In this document: in pieces, positions 10,338-19,457 of the stretch
Layout: each line of letters starts with the position of its first letter
Numbering within the stretch: the first letter of the stretch is position 1
Assembly: GCA_963663035.1 (NCBI GenBank)
Contig: OY760074.1
Coordinates: 1,152,001-1,216,000, forward strand
From: Acidobacteriota bacterium
GTDB taxonomy: Bacteria > Acidobacteriota > UBA6911 > RPQK01 > JADFOI01
DNA length: 64,000 bases
Reading direction: 5' to 3'
Notes under the pieces: model-generated
The model's input: only the letters and a program-made list of their open reading frames with translations
Told to the model about the DNA's origin: nothing
Databases searched by the model: none
Position numbers and translations under genes: made by a program

Positions 10338-11390
10338 TTATGCTGTGGCCTCAGCTGGACTGAAGAGGTTTGGATTTCCACTCTTCGCCTGAGCATCTTC
10401 TCTCTTGATCTGGCCTCGATTAACCAACTCCTGCAGGGCAGCGTCCATGGTCTGCATGCCGTCTTTTTTCCCGGTCTGCATGGCTGATGGGATCTGATGT
10501 ACTTTTGCCTCGCGGATCAGATGTCGAATGGGAGGCGTCCCCACCATGATTTCCAGTGCAGCCACCCGACCCGAACCCACTTTCTTACACAGCGTCTGGG
10601 TGATGACGGCCTGCAGGGACTCTGCTAACTGGGTGCGGATCTGAGCTTGCTGACCAGACGGAAAGACGTCAATAATACGGTCAATCGTTTGGGGGGCGCC
10701 GGAGGAGTGGAGTGTTCCAAAAACCAGGTGACCCGTTTCAGCCGCCGTGACGGCCAGCTGGATGGTTTCCAGATCGCGCATCTCACCCACCAGAATGTAA
10801 TCAGGATCTTCGCGGAAAGCGCTGCGCAGCGCATTGGCAAAGGAATGGGTGTGAATCCCCAGTTCCCGCTGATGGACCAGACACTTTTTGGACGAGTGCA
10901 CAAATTCAATGGGATCTTCAATGGTCACAAGGTGACCCTCTTTAATATTGTTGATGTGGTCGACCATGCCCGCCAGGGTGGTCGATTTTCCACTCCCTGT
11001 GGGACCGGTCACCAGAATCAGCCCCTTCTCGTTGTCGCACATTTTCTTCAGGATTGGGGGCAGACCCAGTTGGTCCAGGGACAAGATCGTGGTGGGAATG
11101 GTTCGAAAGGCTGCCGCCTTCCCTCGGCGCTGCAGGAACGCATTGACACGAAAACGGTTGGTCCCCATCTCAAATGCAAAGTCCAGCTCGTTGAGCTCTT
11201 CGAAGTCCTTTCGCTGCTTGTCATTCATGATGTCGTAGATCATCCTGTGGACATCGTCAGGGCTAAGCGCGGGATGATCCAGCCTTTTCAAGTCACCGTG
11301 AATGCGGAGGATAGGAGGTTCTCCGCTACTGACGTGGATGTCGGAAGATTCCTCTGTAACCGCAAATCGAAGCAGTTCAGTGATGTCCAT
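10338..11390 (-). CDS. pilT: twitching motility ATPase PilT
   Basis: MDITELL start, GPTGSGKSTT, REDPD, AAETGHLVFGTLH, AIRNLIRE-like PIRHLIRE. Confidence 0.93.
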   Translation of the reverse strand: MDITELLRFAVTEESSDIHVSSGEPPILRIHGDLKRLDHPALSPDDVHRMIYDIMNDKQRKDFEELNELDFAFEMGTNRFRVNAFLQRRGKAAAFRTIPTTILSLDQLGLPPILKKMCDNEKGLILVTGPTGSGKSTTLAGMVDHINNIKEGHLVTIEDPIEFVHSSKKCLVHQRELGIHTHSFANALRSAFREDPDYILVGEMRDLETIQLAVTAAETGHLVFGTLHSSGAPQTIDRIIDVFPSGQQAQIRTQLAESLQAVITQTLCKKVGSGRVAALEIMVGTPPIRHLIREAKVHQIPSAMQTGKKDGMQTMDAALQELVNRGQIKREDAQAKSGNPNLFSPAEATA

Positions 11391-11405
11391 TCTCTAGTTC
11401 CTTCC

Positions 11406-11618
11406 TAGCCCGGATTATGCATAGGTTTTCGTAGCGAGGCGCCGAAAACGCCGCTCTGACAAGGCGCGCGAGGGGTACCCGCCACGGGTCGGCCCCCGCA
11501 AACGTACTCTTGAGTACGTTGAGGAGGCTGAGGGGTACCCGCTTGTGCGGGTCGCGCAACGCAGTCAGGGCGGATGTTTTGGGTGCCGCAGTAGAAAACA
11601 TATGCATAGTCCGGGCTA
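11406..11618. mobile_element. MITE/REP-like element family A, copy 2 (reverse orientation)
   Basis: TAGCCCGGATTATGCATA...TATGCATAGTCCGGGCTA with the same interior. Confidence 0.85.
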
Positions 11619-11717
11619 AATGTCCCCTGCCAGGAATCGAGGGTAAAGTCTGGTTGCTGTTTTGGGATTTTCATAAGATGAAGATAATTCTAGACTACAA
11701 TATAGGCGTTGGGCTAT

Positions 11718-13154
11718 TCAACCTCGATGAGGGGTCACCGTGGAAAGCAGCATCCCGACTCCATAGGTAACTGTTGTCCCTATCAGAACATACCAGGTCC
11801 AGGCGATGCCCCCGATCCAGTGGACGGCTAGCATTGTCACAAGGCCTGCCGCCATACCTGCCAGGGCGGCGCCCTCACCAGTCCGGGTCCTGCGGAGTCC
11901 CAAAAGAAAGATCCCCAAAATACTCCCCATGGTGATGGTGGTGATGGTGAGTCCCACTTCCAGAACTTCACCCCAGTTGCGAGCCAGCATGGAGATCCCA
12001 ATCAGGACTGCTCCCCAGCCCAGGGTAAACAGCCGAGAAACTTTGAGATAGTAGGCCGGCGTGGCGTCCTGACTCAGGTAGTTCTTGTAAAAATCATTCA
12101 GGGAGGAGGAGGCCAGAGAATTGAGTGAGCTGCTCAGGGTGGACATTGCTGCTGCAAAGATGGCGGCAATAATCAGGCCCGACACCCCCGGAGGCATTTC
12201 CTGGACGATGAAAGTCGGGAAAATCCTGTCCACTTGTTCCAGCGGCTGATCCAAGGGGAAATGCTGGTAAAAGGCATAGAGCATCACTCCGATGATCAGA
12301 AAAAGCAGGAATTGGAAAAAGATCAGGACACCACTGAGGATCAGAGCCACCTGGCTGCCTCTTTTATTTCCGCAGGCAAGATAGCGTTGGACCATCATCT
12401 GGTCGGTGCCGTGAGTCGCAAAGGTCAGGAAGGCGCCTCCCAAAAGTCCGGCCCAGAAAGTATAGGTCACACCCAGATTGAAGGTGAAATCCAGAAACTG
12501 GAATTTCTGTAAGGGGGCGGCCAGGCTCACCACTTCAGGCCATCCGTTGGGAATGCGCGTCAGGATGATGAAGAAGGCCAGGATGGCTCCGCTGAGGTAG
12601 AGCAGGAGCTGGACGACATCGTTCCAGACCACCGCCCGCATTCCTCCGTAGAGCGTATAGGCAATGGTGACAGCTCCAATGATGATCACACTCCAGGTGT
12701 CTGAGATGTCCGTTACTACGGATAAGACCAGACCAGTAGCGAAAAGTCTGACCCCATCAGCAAGCGATCGACTGACCAGGAAAAGAAGTGCGGAAAAGCT
12801 TTGTACCTTTGGTCCGAATCGTACATTCAACACCTCATAGGCGGTCTGGATTTCCCCTTTGAAGTAGGAGGGGATGAGAAAGAAGCTCACCAGCAGTCGT
12901 CCAAAGAAGTAACCGAGAATCACCTGGAGAAAGGTGAGATTCCCGGTGTAGGCGATGGCTGGTGCGCCGATGAAGGTCAGGGTACTGGTTTCGGTCGCTA
13001 CGATGGAGAAGGAAATTGCCCACCAAGGCATTTTCCTGCTGGCCAGGAAATAGTCATTGATGTTTTTCTGTCCCCTCCCTAGCAGCGTCCCGAAAAGCAG
13101 GCTGGCGGTGAGATAGAGAAAGAGGACAGTGTAATCAAGAGCGGTGAATCCCAT
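11718..13154 (-). CDS. sodium:solute symporter (SSS family)
   Basis: SIVATETSTLTFIG, GTDQMMVQRYL, AAAMSTLSSSLNS. ATG placed at 13154 because the longer ORF runs into a MITE. Confidence 0.92.
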   Translation of the reverse strand: MGFTALDYTVLFLYLTASLLFGTLLGRGQKNINDYFLASRKMPWWAISFSIVATETSTLTFIGAPAIAYTGNLTFLQVILGYFFGRLLVSFFLIPSYFKGEIQTAYEVLNVRFGPKVQSFSALLFLVSRSLADGVRLFATGLVLSVVTDISDTWSVIIIGAVTIAYTLYGGMRAVVWNDVVQLLLYLSGAILAFFIILTRIPNGWPEVVSLAAPLQKFQFLDFTFNLGVTYTFWAGLLGGAFLTFATHGTDQMMVQRYLACGNKRGSQVALILSGVLIFFQFLLFLIIGVMLYAFYQHFPLDQPLEQVDRIFPTFIVQEMPPGVSGLIIAAIFAAAMSTLSSSLNSLASSSLNDFYKNYLSQDATPAYYLKVSRLFTLGWGAVLIGISMLARNWGEVLEVGLTITTITMGSILGIFLLGLRRTRTGEGAALAGMAAGLVTMLAVHWIGGIAWTWYVLIGTTVTYGVGMLLSTVTPHRG

Positions 13155-13163
13155 GTTCAGGCC

Positions 13164-13440
13164 TAGTGTCTCGTCCCATGAACAACATGACGTTTGTGGC
13201 GAGCGCGACGGCGTCGAGTTCGCGAAGCGACGACGACGCGATGTCTGTGTGCATCGCGGAGGAGGAGCGACAAAGAAATCGATGTCGTCCCGGCGCCACC
13301 CTTCGGGCTGATGGGTGTTGCGGGCGATCTCTGCGTCGCTCGTCGTCGCCGATGTCCCTGCATCATCTCCTCCTCGCTCCTTGATCTCCCCTCGCAAGCC
13401 CCATCAGCAAACATCATGCTATTCATGGGACGAGACACTA
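13164..13440. mobile_element. MITE family B, copy 1
   Basis: TIR TAGTGTCTCGTCCCATGAA / TTCATGGGACGAGACACTA. Near-identical copy at 17112. Confidence 0.88.
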
Positions 13441-14330
13441 AGCACCTGATCCAAAGGATCTCTGGTCAGAAGGTAGAAAGTGCTGCGGGGAGGTCCGCCA
13501 ACCATGAGAAAATCGGAAGTGAGGTAACCCTGGCTCAGATAGTGCTGAAACGTCTTGCCAATCTTGGCCTGCCAATCCTTTGCCAGTGACTGGTCTTCCG
13601 CACAAATAGCTTCAAAGTCATCCGGTACCTCAACCAGAAGTTCGCGCTCAGAACACCCCAGAAGAGGATCCAATAAACTCTTCCTCCCTTTCTCGTCTTT
13701 GGCGACCGGGGTCACCTGAACAAGAGAAGGTTTCTGCTCGAGCGGAGAGGGTGGATTCTCCAGGCGCTGCTTGACCCTCTGTGACGCAATATACCAGTTG
13801 GCCCAGACTCGATCTGTAGTCAATCCGCGACTGAAGTGACTTTGGACCTCCCCATAGTAGTGGGGTTGATAAGCCTGGATCAAAGCACCCAGCTTGCGCA
13901 CGTTCAAGTTGGCGTTGCCGGAATACATCGGGTCGAATGTCCACTTAATGAGCTCAAGATCCGCTTGCAGTGCAAAGTCCCGCTGGTAGACTTTCAGATG
14001 AAAGCCAATCCCCAGGCCCCGGTATTCCTTCAGGAGACCCATCATCTGAGAGTGTAAATAGGGCTTTTGCAAGAGAGGATCGATCCCCATCCAGGCCACC
14101 GAAAACCCGACTGGGATCTGGTTGACAAATACACCCGCTACGTGGCCACCGCTTTCCGCGACAGCAAACAGGGCCCGGGCGGGGAAAGGAAAGTCTCGGT
14201 CAGGCTCTCCGTATCCCCAAATCACACGCTGCAGTTCGACCAGTTGGGGCATTTCCTTCACCGAGCGGAGGGTGCGTAAGCACACTTCACGCGAAGAGAG
14301 CTGGATGCGCCGTTCAGGCTCTGGGATCAT
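13419..14330 (-). CDS. GNAT-family N-acetyltransferase
   Basis: YLHSQMMG...YRGLGIGFHLK...WTFDP...NANLNVRKLGA...TDR. Confidence 0.8.
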   Translation of the reverse strand: MIPEPERRIQLSSREVCLRTLRSVKEMPQLVELQRVIWGYGEPDRDFPFPARALFAVAESGGHVAGVFVNQIPVGFSVAWMGIDPLLQKPYLHSQMMGLLKEYRGLGIGFHLKVYQRDFALQADLELIKWTFDPMYSGNANLNVRKLGALIQAYQPHYYGEVQSHFSRGLTTDRVWANWYIASQRVKQRLENPPSPLEQKPSLVQVTPVAKDEKGRKSLLDPLLGCSERELLVEVPDDFEAICAEDQSLAKDWQAKIGKTFQHYLSQGYLTSDFLMVGGPPRSTFYLLTRDPLDQVLSVSSHE

Positions 14331-16069
14331 TTCTGAATCCCATGTCCGATCGGGTAGAGTTCGGGAAGGCTGATGGGGAGTTTCCCCCGAAAGGGAGTTT
14401 CTCCGAGAATCGCTTTCACCGCGGCCAGCTCGGCGCCCGAATAGTCGTCGTAGGCAAGGATATAACTGGGTATTTCAGGAATCCAGGTCAGCAAGTAGGG
14501 ACTGCCGAAAGTTACCAAGGCAAGAGGTTTCGGGAGTTCGGAAAGATTCTTGAGCAACTCGATCTGATTCAGGGAGAGTTCGATGGAGCCTTTGGAGGCG
14601 GCAATCCGGATATAAGCTCCCACCACCACGTAATCGACGCGTTTGGCTAACTCCTGGATCAAGCCGAGTTCTTCAGAGGAAGCCTGGGGAAGCACCTCTA
14701 CATGAGTTGTCTGGAAGCGACGACGACGGAACTCGCGCACAAAACTGAGGCCGCGACTCTCCATGGGGCGACGCTCATCCAGGAGGGTGAGCAGCAAGAC
14801 GGCGGAATCTCGTCTGGGTCGGAAAGGCAAGACGCCCTTTTCATCACGGACCAGCGTAATCGCTTCATCCATGATCTTTTGAGCGGCCTCCTGATTGTCA
14901 GGGGATCCCACGGTTAGATCGATGGAAGCAATGTCCACCAGGGAGTTCTGGTGAAGGCCGAGCCTGGCCTTGGCCTGCAGAATCCGCCGCACCGAATCGT
15001 TGAGCCTTTCCTCTCCGATCTTTCCCTGGCGAACCGCTTGAAGGAGACCCTTGAAAGTTGCTTCCACCGAGGTGGGGTAGAGGATCAAATCGGCACCCGC
15101 CGCAATGGCCAGGACGGCAGCTTCACCGTCCTTCCAGCGGGCACGAATTCCTCCCATGTTCATGGCATCGGTGAAGACAAGGCCTTCGAAATCCATCTCT
15201 TTCCTCAGCAAATCGGTTAAAATTCGCCGAGACAGTGTTGCCGGAAGGCCCTCTTCAGGCTCCAGGGCCGGAATGGCCAGGTGAGCGGTCATGATGGCCT
15301 GGACTCCGGCCTGGATGGCGGCCTCAAAAGGAGGGAGTTCCACTTCCTCCATCCGCTCTCGCGACACCTCGATGACCGGCAGTTCCAGATGGGAATCGGT
15401 TGAGGTGTCACCGTGGCCAGGGAAATGCTTGGCGGTGGCCAGGAGTCCGTTTTCTTGAACCCCGCGGATATAAGCGGCAGCCATTTTGGAGACCCATTCG
15501 GGATCTTCACCAAAGGAGCGGATGCTGATGATGGGATTCAGCGGATTGTTGTTCACGTCCACGACGGGATAGAAGTTGACGTTTATCCCCAGGCTTTTTG
15601 CCTCCAGAGCTGTGGTTTCTCCTACCTGATAGGCAATCTTCGGATCAAAAGTTGCTCCCAGGGCCATAGCCTTGGGAAAGCGCGTTCCACCCCGGAAAAT
15701 CAGGCCTGCTCCACCTTCCAGATCGGCCGTAATGAACAGAGGTACTCGGGCCAGCTCTTGCATTCTTTGGATCAGGAAGGCAGCCGAAAAAACCTCACCT
15801 CCCTGGGCGAGATAGCCGCCCACGTGGTAGTCAGTCAGCTCCTTCCGAATCTGCTGAAATATATCCGTATCCAGGTTGGTAAAGTTGGTACCGGTTCTTC
15901 CGATGATCAGCTGACCCACCTTCTCTTCCAGGCTCAGTCCACTCAGAGTGCTTTCCACCCAGCTTTGGGCTGTTTCATCCAGGGGTGGCAGTTCCTCGCT
16001 ACCTCTGGTCTGGGAAGAAGCGATGAGCAAGGTGAGGGTCAGTGTCACCGAAAAGATGACTTTCTTCAT
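14327..16069 (-). CDS. GH3 beta-N-acetylhexosaminidase, secreted
   Basis: KHFPGHGDTSTDSH signature, FTDAMNM nucleophile, C-terminal GH3 domain, signal peptide. Confidence 0.93.
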   Translation of the reverse strand: MKKVIFSVTLTLTLLIASSQTRGSEELPPLDETAQSWVESTLSGLSLEEKVGQLIIGRTGTNFTNLDTDIFQQIRKELTDYHVGGYLAQGGEVFSAAFLIQRMQELARVPLFITADLEGGAGLIFRGGTRFPKAMALGATFDPKIAYQVGETTALEAKSLGINVNFYPVVDVNNNPLNPIISIRSFGEDPEWVSKMAAAYIRGVQENGLLATAKHFPGHGDTSTDSHLELPVIEVSRERMEEVELPPFEAAIQAGVQAIMTAHLAIPALEPEEGLPATLSRRILTDLLRKEMDFEGLVFTDAMNMGGIRARWKDGEAAVLAIAAGADLILYPTSVEATFKGLLQAVRQGKIGEERLNDSVRRILQAKARLGLHQNSLVDIASIDLTVGSPDNQEAAQKIMDEAITLVRDEKGVLPFRPRRDSAVLLLTLLDERRPMESRGLSFVREFRRRRFQTTHVEVLPQASSEELGLIQELAKRVDYVVVGAYIRIAASKGSIELSLNQIELLKNLSELPKPLALVTFGSPYLLTWIPEIPSYILAYDDYSGAELAAVKAILGETPFRGKLPISLPELYPIGHGIQK

Positions 16070-16120
16070 GAGGCGGATTATAGCAGGGAACCACGAAGAT
16101 CGGGTTAGAGGCACTTCAAG

Positions 16121-17107
16121 TTAAGAAAGATCTTGCCAGGAGCGGGCCCCGGCTAGAATCTCGTTCAGTGCCTTGATGTTCTGGATTCCACGGTCCCCCA
16201 GCCAGTCCTCCAGAGCGGACAGTCCCTGGGCGGCGTACACTGCAATGCCCTCTTTCCAGGTGGCGCGTCCGCACAGAACACCCGCAAAGTTGACTTTTGC
16301 CTCAATCCCCAATTCCAGGCCTTCCCGGAACTCTTGGTCGTCTACTCCGCCACTGAGATAGATAAAAGGGCGCCGGGCCGCCCCGGCCGCCTTCCGGTAC
16401 AGCTCCTTCGCCTCTTCTCTGGAGTAGGCGGCCTGCGGGCCCTGGTAGGAACTTGTTCCTGAGGTGAATTGAAGATTGACTGGGATCTCAACCTTGAGAA
16501 CATCAACCCCGTAGAGATCCCGGGAAAATTCTCGCATGCTTTGGGTTACAATCTCCGGTTTTTTGCGAGCGTACTTCAGTGGACTGGCCTGGCCGCTGGG
16601 ATCATACCCCAAAAACTCTAAAAAGAAGGGGATGTCCTGGTGGATGCACTCCTCTCCTACTCTCTGGACGAATGCCTTCTTCCCCTCATTGAGGGAGGCT
16701 TCATCAAAGGGATTGTAGTAGAGCAGTAACTTCACGCCATCAGCTCCCGCTTCCTTGAGCTTCTCGACTGTCCAACTTTCCAGCAGTAGGGGAAATCGAC
16801 CCGGCTTGGTGTTGTCGTATCCTGATTTTTCATAAGCCAGCAGCAAGCCGATTTCCGAGGGCTGCTCCTTGGATGCCGGCAAGCCATACACCGGATCTAA
16901 AAGTACGGCACTTGCGTATGGAGACAGTACCTTGATCACTGCCGTCTTGAACTCGGCCAGCATCTCATCTGAAATGGTCTCGGGCTGCTCGCTCCTGGCT
17001 GCGGCCAAAGCGTTTCTCAGGGAACCCCGCTGGTCCATGGCCGCCGCACGGATGACGCCCCGCTCATCCGCCAGAGCCCTCATTCCTTTCAGTTTCCCTT
17101 GATTCAT
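16121..17107 (-). CDS. lacD: tagatose-1,6-bisphosphate aldolase
   Basis: AMDQRGSL, LLAYEKSGYD, GVDVLKVEIP, FIYLSGGV, GVLCGRATWK. Confidence 0.9.
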   Translation of the reverse strand: MNQGKLKGMRALADERGVIRAAAMDQRGSLRNALAAARSEQPETISDEMLAEFKTAVIKVLSPYASAVLLDPVYGLPASKEQPSEIGLLLAYEKSGYDNTKPGRFPLLLESWTVEKLKEAGADGVKLLLYYNPFDEASLNEGKKAFVQRVGEECIHQDIPFFLEFLGYDPSGQASPLKYARKKPEIVTQSMREFSRDLYGVDVLKVEIPVNLQFTSGTSSYQGPQAAYSREEAKELYRKAAGAARRPFIYLSGGVDDQEFREGLELGIEAKVNFAGVLCGRATWKEGIAVYAAQGLSALEDWLGDRGIQNIKALNEILAGARSWQDLS

Positions 17108-17111
17108 GTTC

Positions 17112-17387
17112 TAGTGTCCCGTCTCATGAATACCATGACGTTTGTGGCGAGCGCGACGGCGTCGAGTTCGCGAAGCGACGACGACGAGATGTCTGTGTGC
17201 ATCGCGGAGGAGGAGCGACAAAGAAATCGATGCCGTCCTGCCGCCACCCTCCGGGCTGATGGGGGTTGCGGGCAATCTCTTCGTCGCTCGTCGTCGCCGA
17301 TGTCCCTGCATCACCTCCTTCGCGCTCCTTGATCTCCCCTCCCAAGCCCCATCAGCAAACATCATGGTATTCATGGGACGAGACACT
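17112..17387. mobile_element. MITE family B, copy 2
   Basis: Colinear with 13164-13440 with scattered substitutions. Confidence 0.88.
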
Positions 17388-17388
17388 C

Positions 17389-17654
17389 TAGCCCGCCTTA
17401 TGCATAAATTCTTTACTGCAGCGACAAAATCATCCGCCCTGACGGTGTTGCACGACCCGCAAGGGAGCGCGGGTACCCCTCGGCCTCCTCAACGTACTAC
17501 ACAGTACGTTGAGGAGGCCGACCCGTGGCGGGTACCCCTCGCGCGCCAGTCGGAGCCGCAGGCTTTAGCCTGCGGGCCCGTGGGCTAAAGCCCACGGCTC
17601 TGTTTTCCGGCGCTTTCGTCGCTTCGTGACAAGAACCTATGCATAATTTGGGCT
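17389..17654. mobile_element. MITE/REP-like family A, copy 3, carrying a nested REP doublet
   Basis: TAGCCCGCCTTATGCATA...TATGCATAATTTGGGCT with an extra insert at 17553-17600. Confidence 0.8.
17553..17600. repeat. inverted REP-like doublet
   Basis: GAGCCGCAGGCTTTAGCCTGCGG followed by the inverted mate CCGTGGGCTAAAGCCCACGGCTC. Confidence 0.75.
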
Positions 17655-17734
17655 TGTCTCCTTTCACGGGGATCGATCCCGCGGCGTTATTTGGGCTTGT
17701 CTCCTTTCACGGGGATCGATCCCGCGGCGTTATT
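17646..17734. repeat. 43-bp exact tandem duplication
   Basis: ATTTGGGCTTGTCTCCTTTCACGGGGATCGATCCCGCGGCGTT occurs twice. Confidence 0.92.
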
Positions 17735-19082
17735 CTTTTGTGCGGCTCTTCTTTTTTCGGATCTCTTCCAGGCGGGCTTTGATCTCCTTTTCAAACCCTT
17801 CCTGGGTGGGGTGGTAGTATTGCCTTCCCACAAGGCTCTCTGGCAAGCACTCCATCCTGGCCACGCCCTGCTCTTCATGATGGGCATAGCGATATCCGCG
17901 GCCGTAACCCAGCTCTTTCATGAGTGGCGTCGCTGCATTGCGCAGATGAAGTGGAACGGGTTCCCTGAGGGTCTTTTCCACATCCTTCTGGACTCGATTA
18001 TAGGCCTCATAGATGGCATTGGACTTGGGTGCCTGGGCCAGATAGACTGCCAGCTGAGCCAGAGCCAGCTTGCCTTCTGGCAGCCCGATAAAATGGACGG
18101 CCCGCATGGCATCCATGGCATAGCCTAAAGCGGAAGCGTCAGCGACTCCCACGTCTTCAGAAGCAAAGCGCACCATTCGACGGGCGATATAAAGAGGATC
18201 CTCTCCGGCTTCAAGCATCCTTCCCAGCCAGTAAAGTGCCGCGTCGACGTCGCTGTTGCGCAGGGACTTGTGGAGAGCGGAGATCAGGTTGAAGTGTTCC
18301 TCTCCGGCCTTGTCGAAGAGGAGGGTTCGTTTCTGAAGGGCCTGCTGGACGATCTCCCCGGTGATGTCGGGTTTTTCCGGGGAGTGACTATGAGCCAAAG
18401 AAGCAGCAATTTCCAGGGAGTTGAGTGCAATTCGAGCATCGCCATTTGCAAAAAGAGCTATCTGATCCAGTTCTTTCTGTCCGATCTGAAGTTTTAGGTT
18501 TCCCAGCCCATTTTGGCTGTCAGTCAGGGCGCGCCCCAAGATTTCAACCACCTGTGCTTGATTCAGGGGACGCAGCACCAGGACACGAGAGCGCGAGAGA
18601 AGTGGGGAAATCACCTCGAAGGAGGGGTTTTCTGTGGTGGCCCCAATTAAAACGAGGGTCCCTTTTTCCACATGAGGTAAAAAGGCGTCCTGTTGCGCCT
18701 TATTGAAGCGATGGATCTCATCCACAAAGAAAATGGTGCGTCTTTGATTCTGACGACGTTGGGTTTTGGCTTCCTTAATGACCTTTCTCAGATCCTTAAT
18801 CCCGGCCAGCACGGCACTGATGGACACAAAATAGGAGTCGGTCTTCTGGGCTATAATCCTGGCCAGAGTCGTCTTTCCCACGCCAGGAGGGCCCCAGAAA
18901 ATCATGGAGGGAATCTCGTCGGAACGGATCACCTCTCGCAGCAGCTTCCCATCCTCCAGAAGGTGGTCCTGACCCAGAACGTCCTCCAGGTTGCGGGGTC
19001 GCATCCGTTCAGCCAGTGGAGCAGTGGGAAGGGCTGAAGTGTCTTCTTGAGCCTCCTGGGAAGGGAATAGGGTGTTCGGCAT
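17730..19082 (-). CDS. rarA: replication-associated recombination protein A (MgsA/RarA)
   Basis: PLAERMRP, WGPPGVGKTT, DEIHRFNKAQQD, ISALHKSLRNSD, VPLHLRNA. Confidence 0.96.
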   Translation of the reverse strand: MPNTLFPSQEAQEDTSALPTAPLAERMRPRNLEDVLGQDHLLEDGKLLREVIRSDEIPSMIFWGPPGVGKTTLARIIAQKTDSYFVSISAVLAGIKDLRKVIKEAKTQRRQNQRRTIFFVDEIHRFNKAQQDAFLPHVEKGTLVLIGATTENPSFEVISPLLSRSRVLVLRPLNQAQVVEILGRALTDSQNGLGNLKLQIGQKELDQIALFANGDARIALNSLEIAASLAHSHSPEKPDITGEIVQQALQKRTLLFDKAGEEHFNLISALHKSLRNSDVDAALYWLGRMLEAGEDPLYIARRMVRFASEDVGVADASALGYAMDAMRAVHFIGLPEGKLALAQLAVYLAQAPKSNAIYEAYNRVQKDVEKTLREPVPLHLRNAATPLMKELGYGRGYRYAHHEEQGVARMECLPESLVGRQYYHPTQEGFEKEIKARLEEIRKKKSRTKE

Positions 19083-19145
19083 TGGCTTCCCTAATTTTCT
19101 CCTGTGTCACCGTCTGTGTCACGTTTTTTTTACTGAAATTGTTGC

Positions 19146-19358
19146 TAGCCGGGATGATGCATAAGTTTTCTACTGCAGTGCCGCAATCATCCGCGCTGAC
19201 TGCGTTCTGCGACCCGCAAGCGGGTACCCCTTGGGCTCCTCGGCGTACTGCAAGAGTACACCTGCGGGGCCCGACCCGCAAAGCGGGTGCCCTCGCACGC
19301 CTTGTCATCGCGGTGCCAGCGGCACTTCGTCACGAAAACCTATGCACAATCCCGGCCA
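19146..19358. mobile_element. MITE/REP-like family A, copy 4
   Basis: TAGCCGGGATGATGCATA...TATGCACAATCCCGGCCA. Confidence 0.85.
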
Positions 19359-19457
19359 ATGTAAGCGGAGGCACCGCAGCGAAGTCGAAAAAACTGGGAT
19401 AATTCTTCTTATGACTGTGTTAACCACTTTTGGGAACACTCAGGGGGTGGCCTGGAA

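Noticed and set aside
11718-13397. 559-aa version of the symporter
   Set aside because: The N-terminal extension is MITE sequence. The real start is probably 13154.
13163-17588. Duplicated small ORFs (MSRPMN...) as a gene family
   Set aside because: They lie within MITE B, occur on both strands because of the TIRs, and show no coding motifs.
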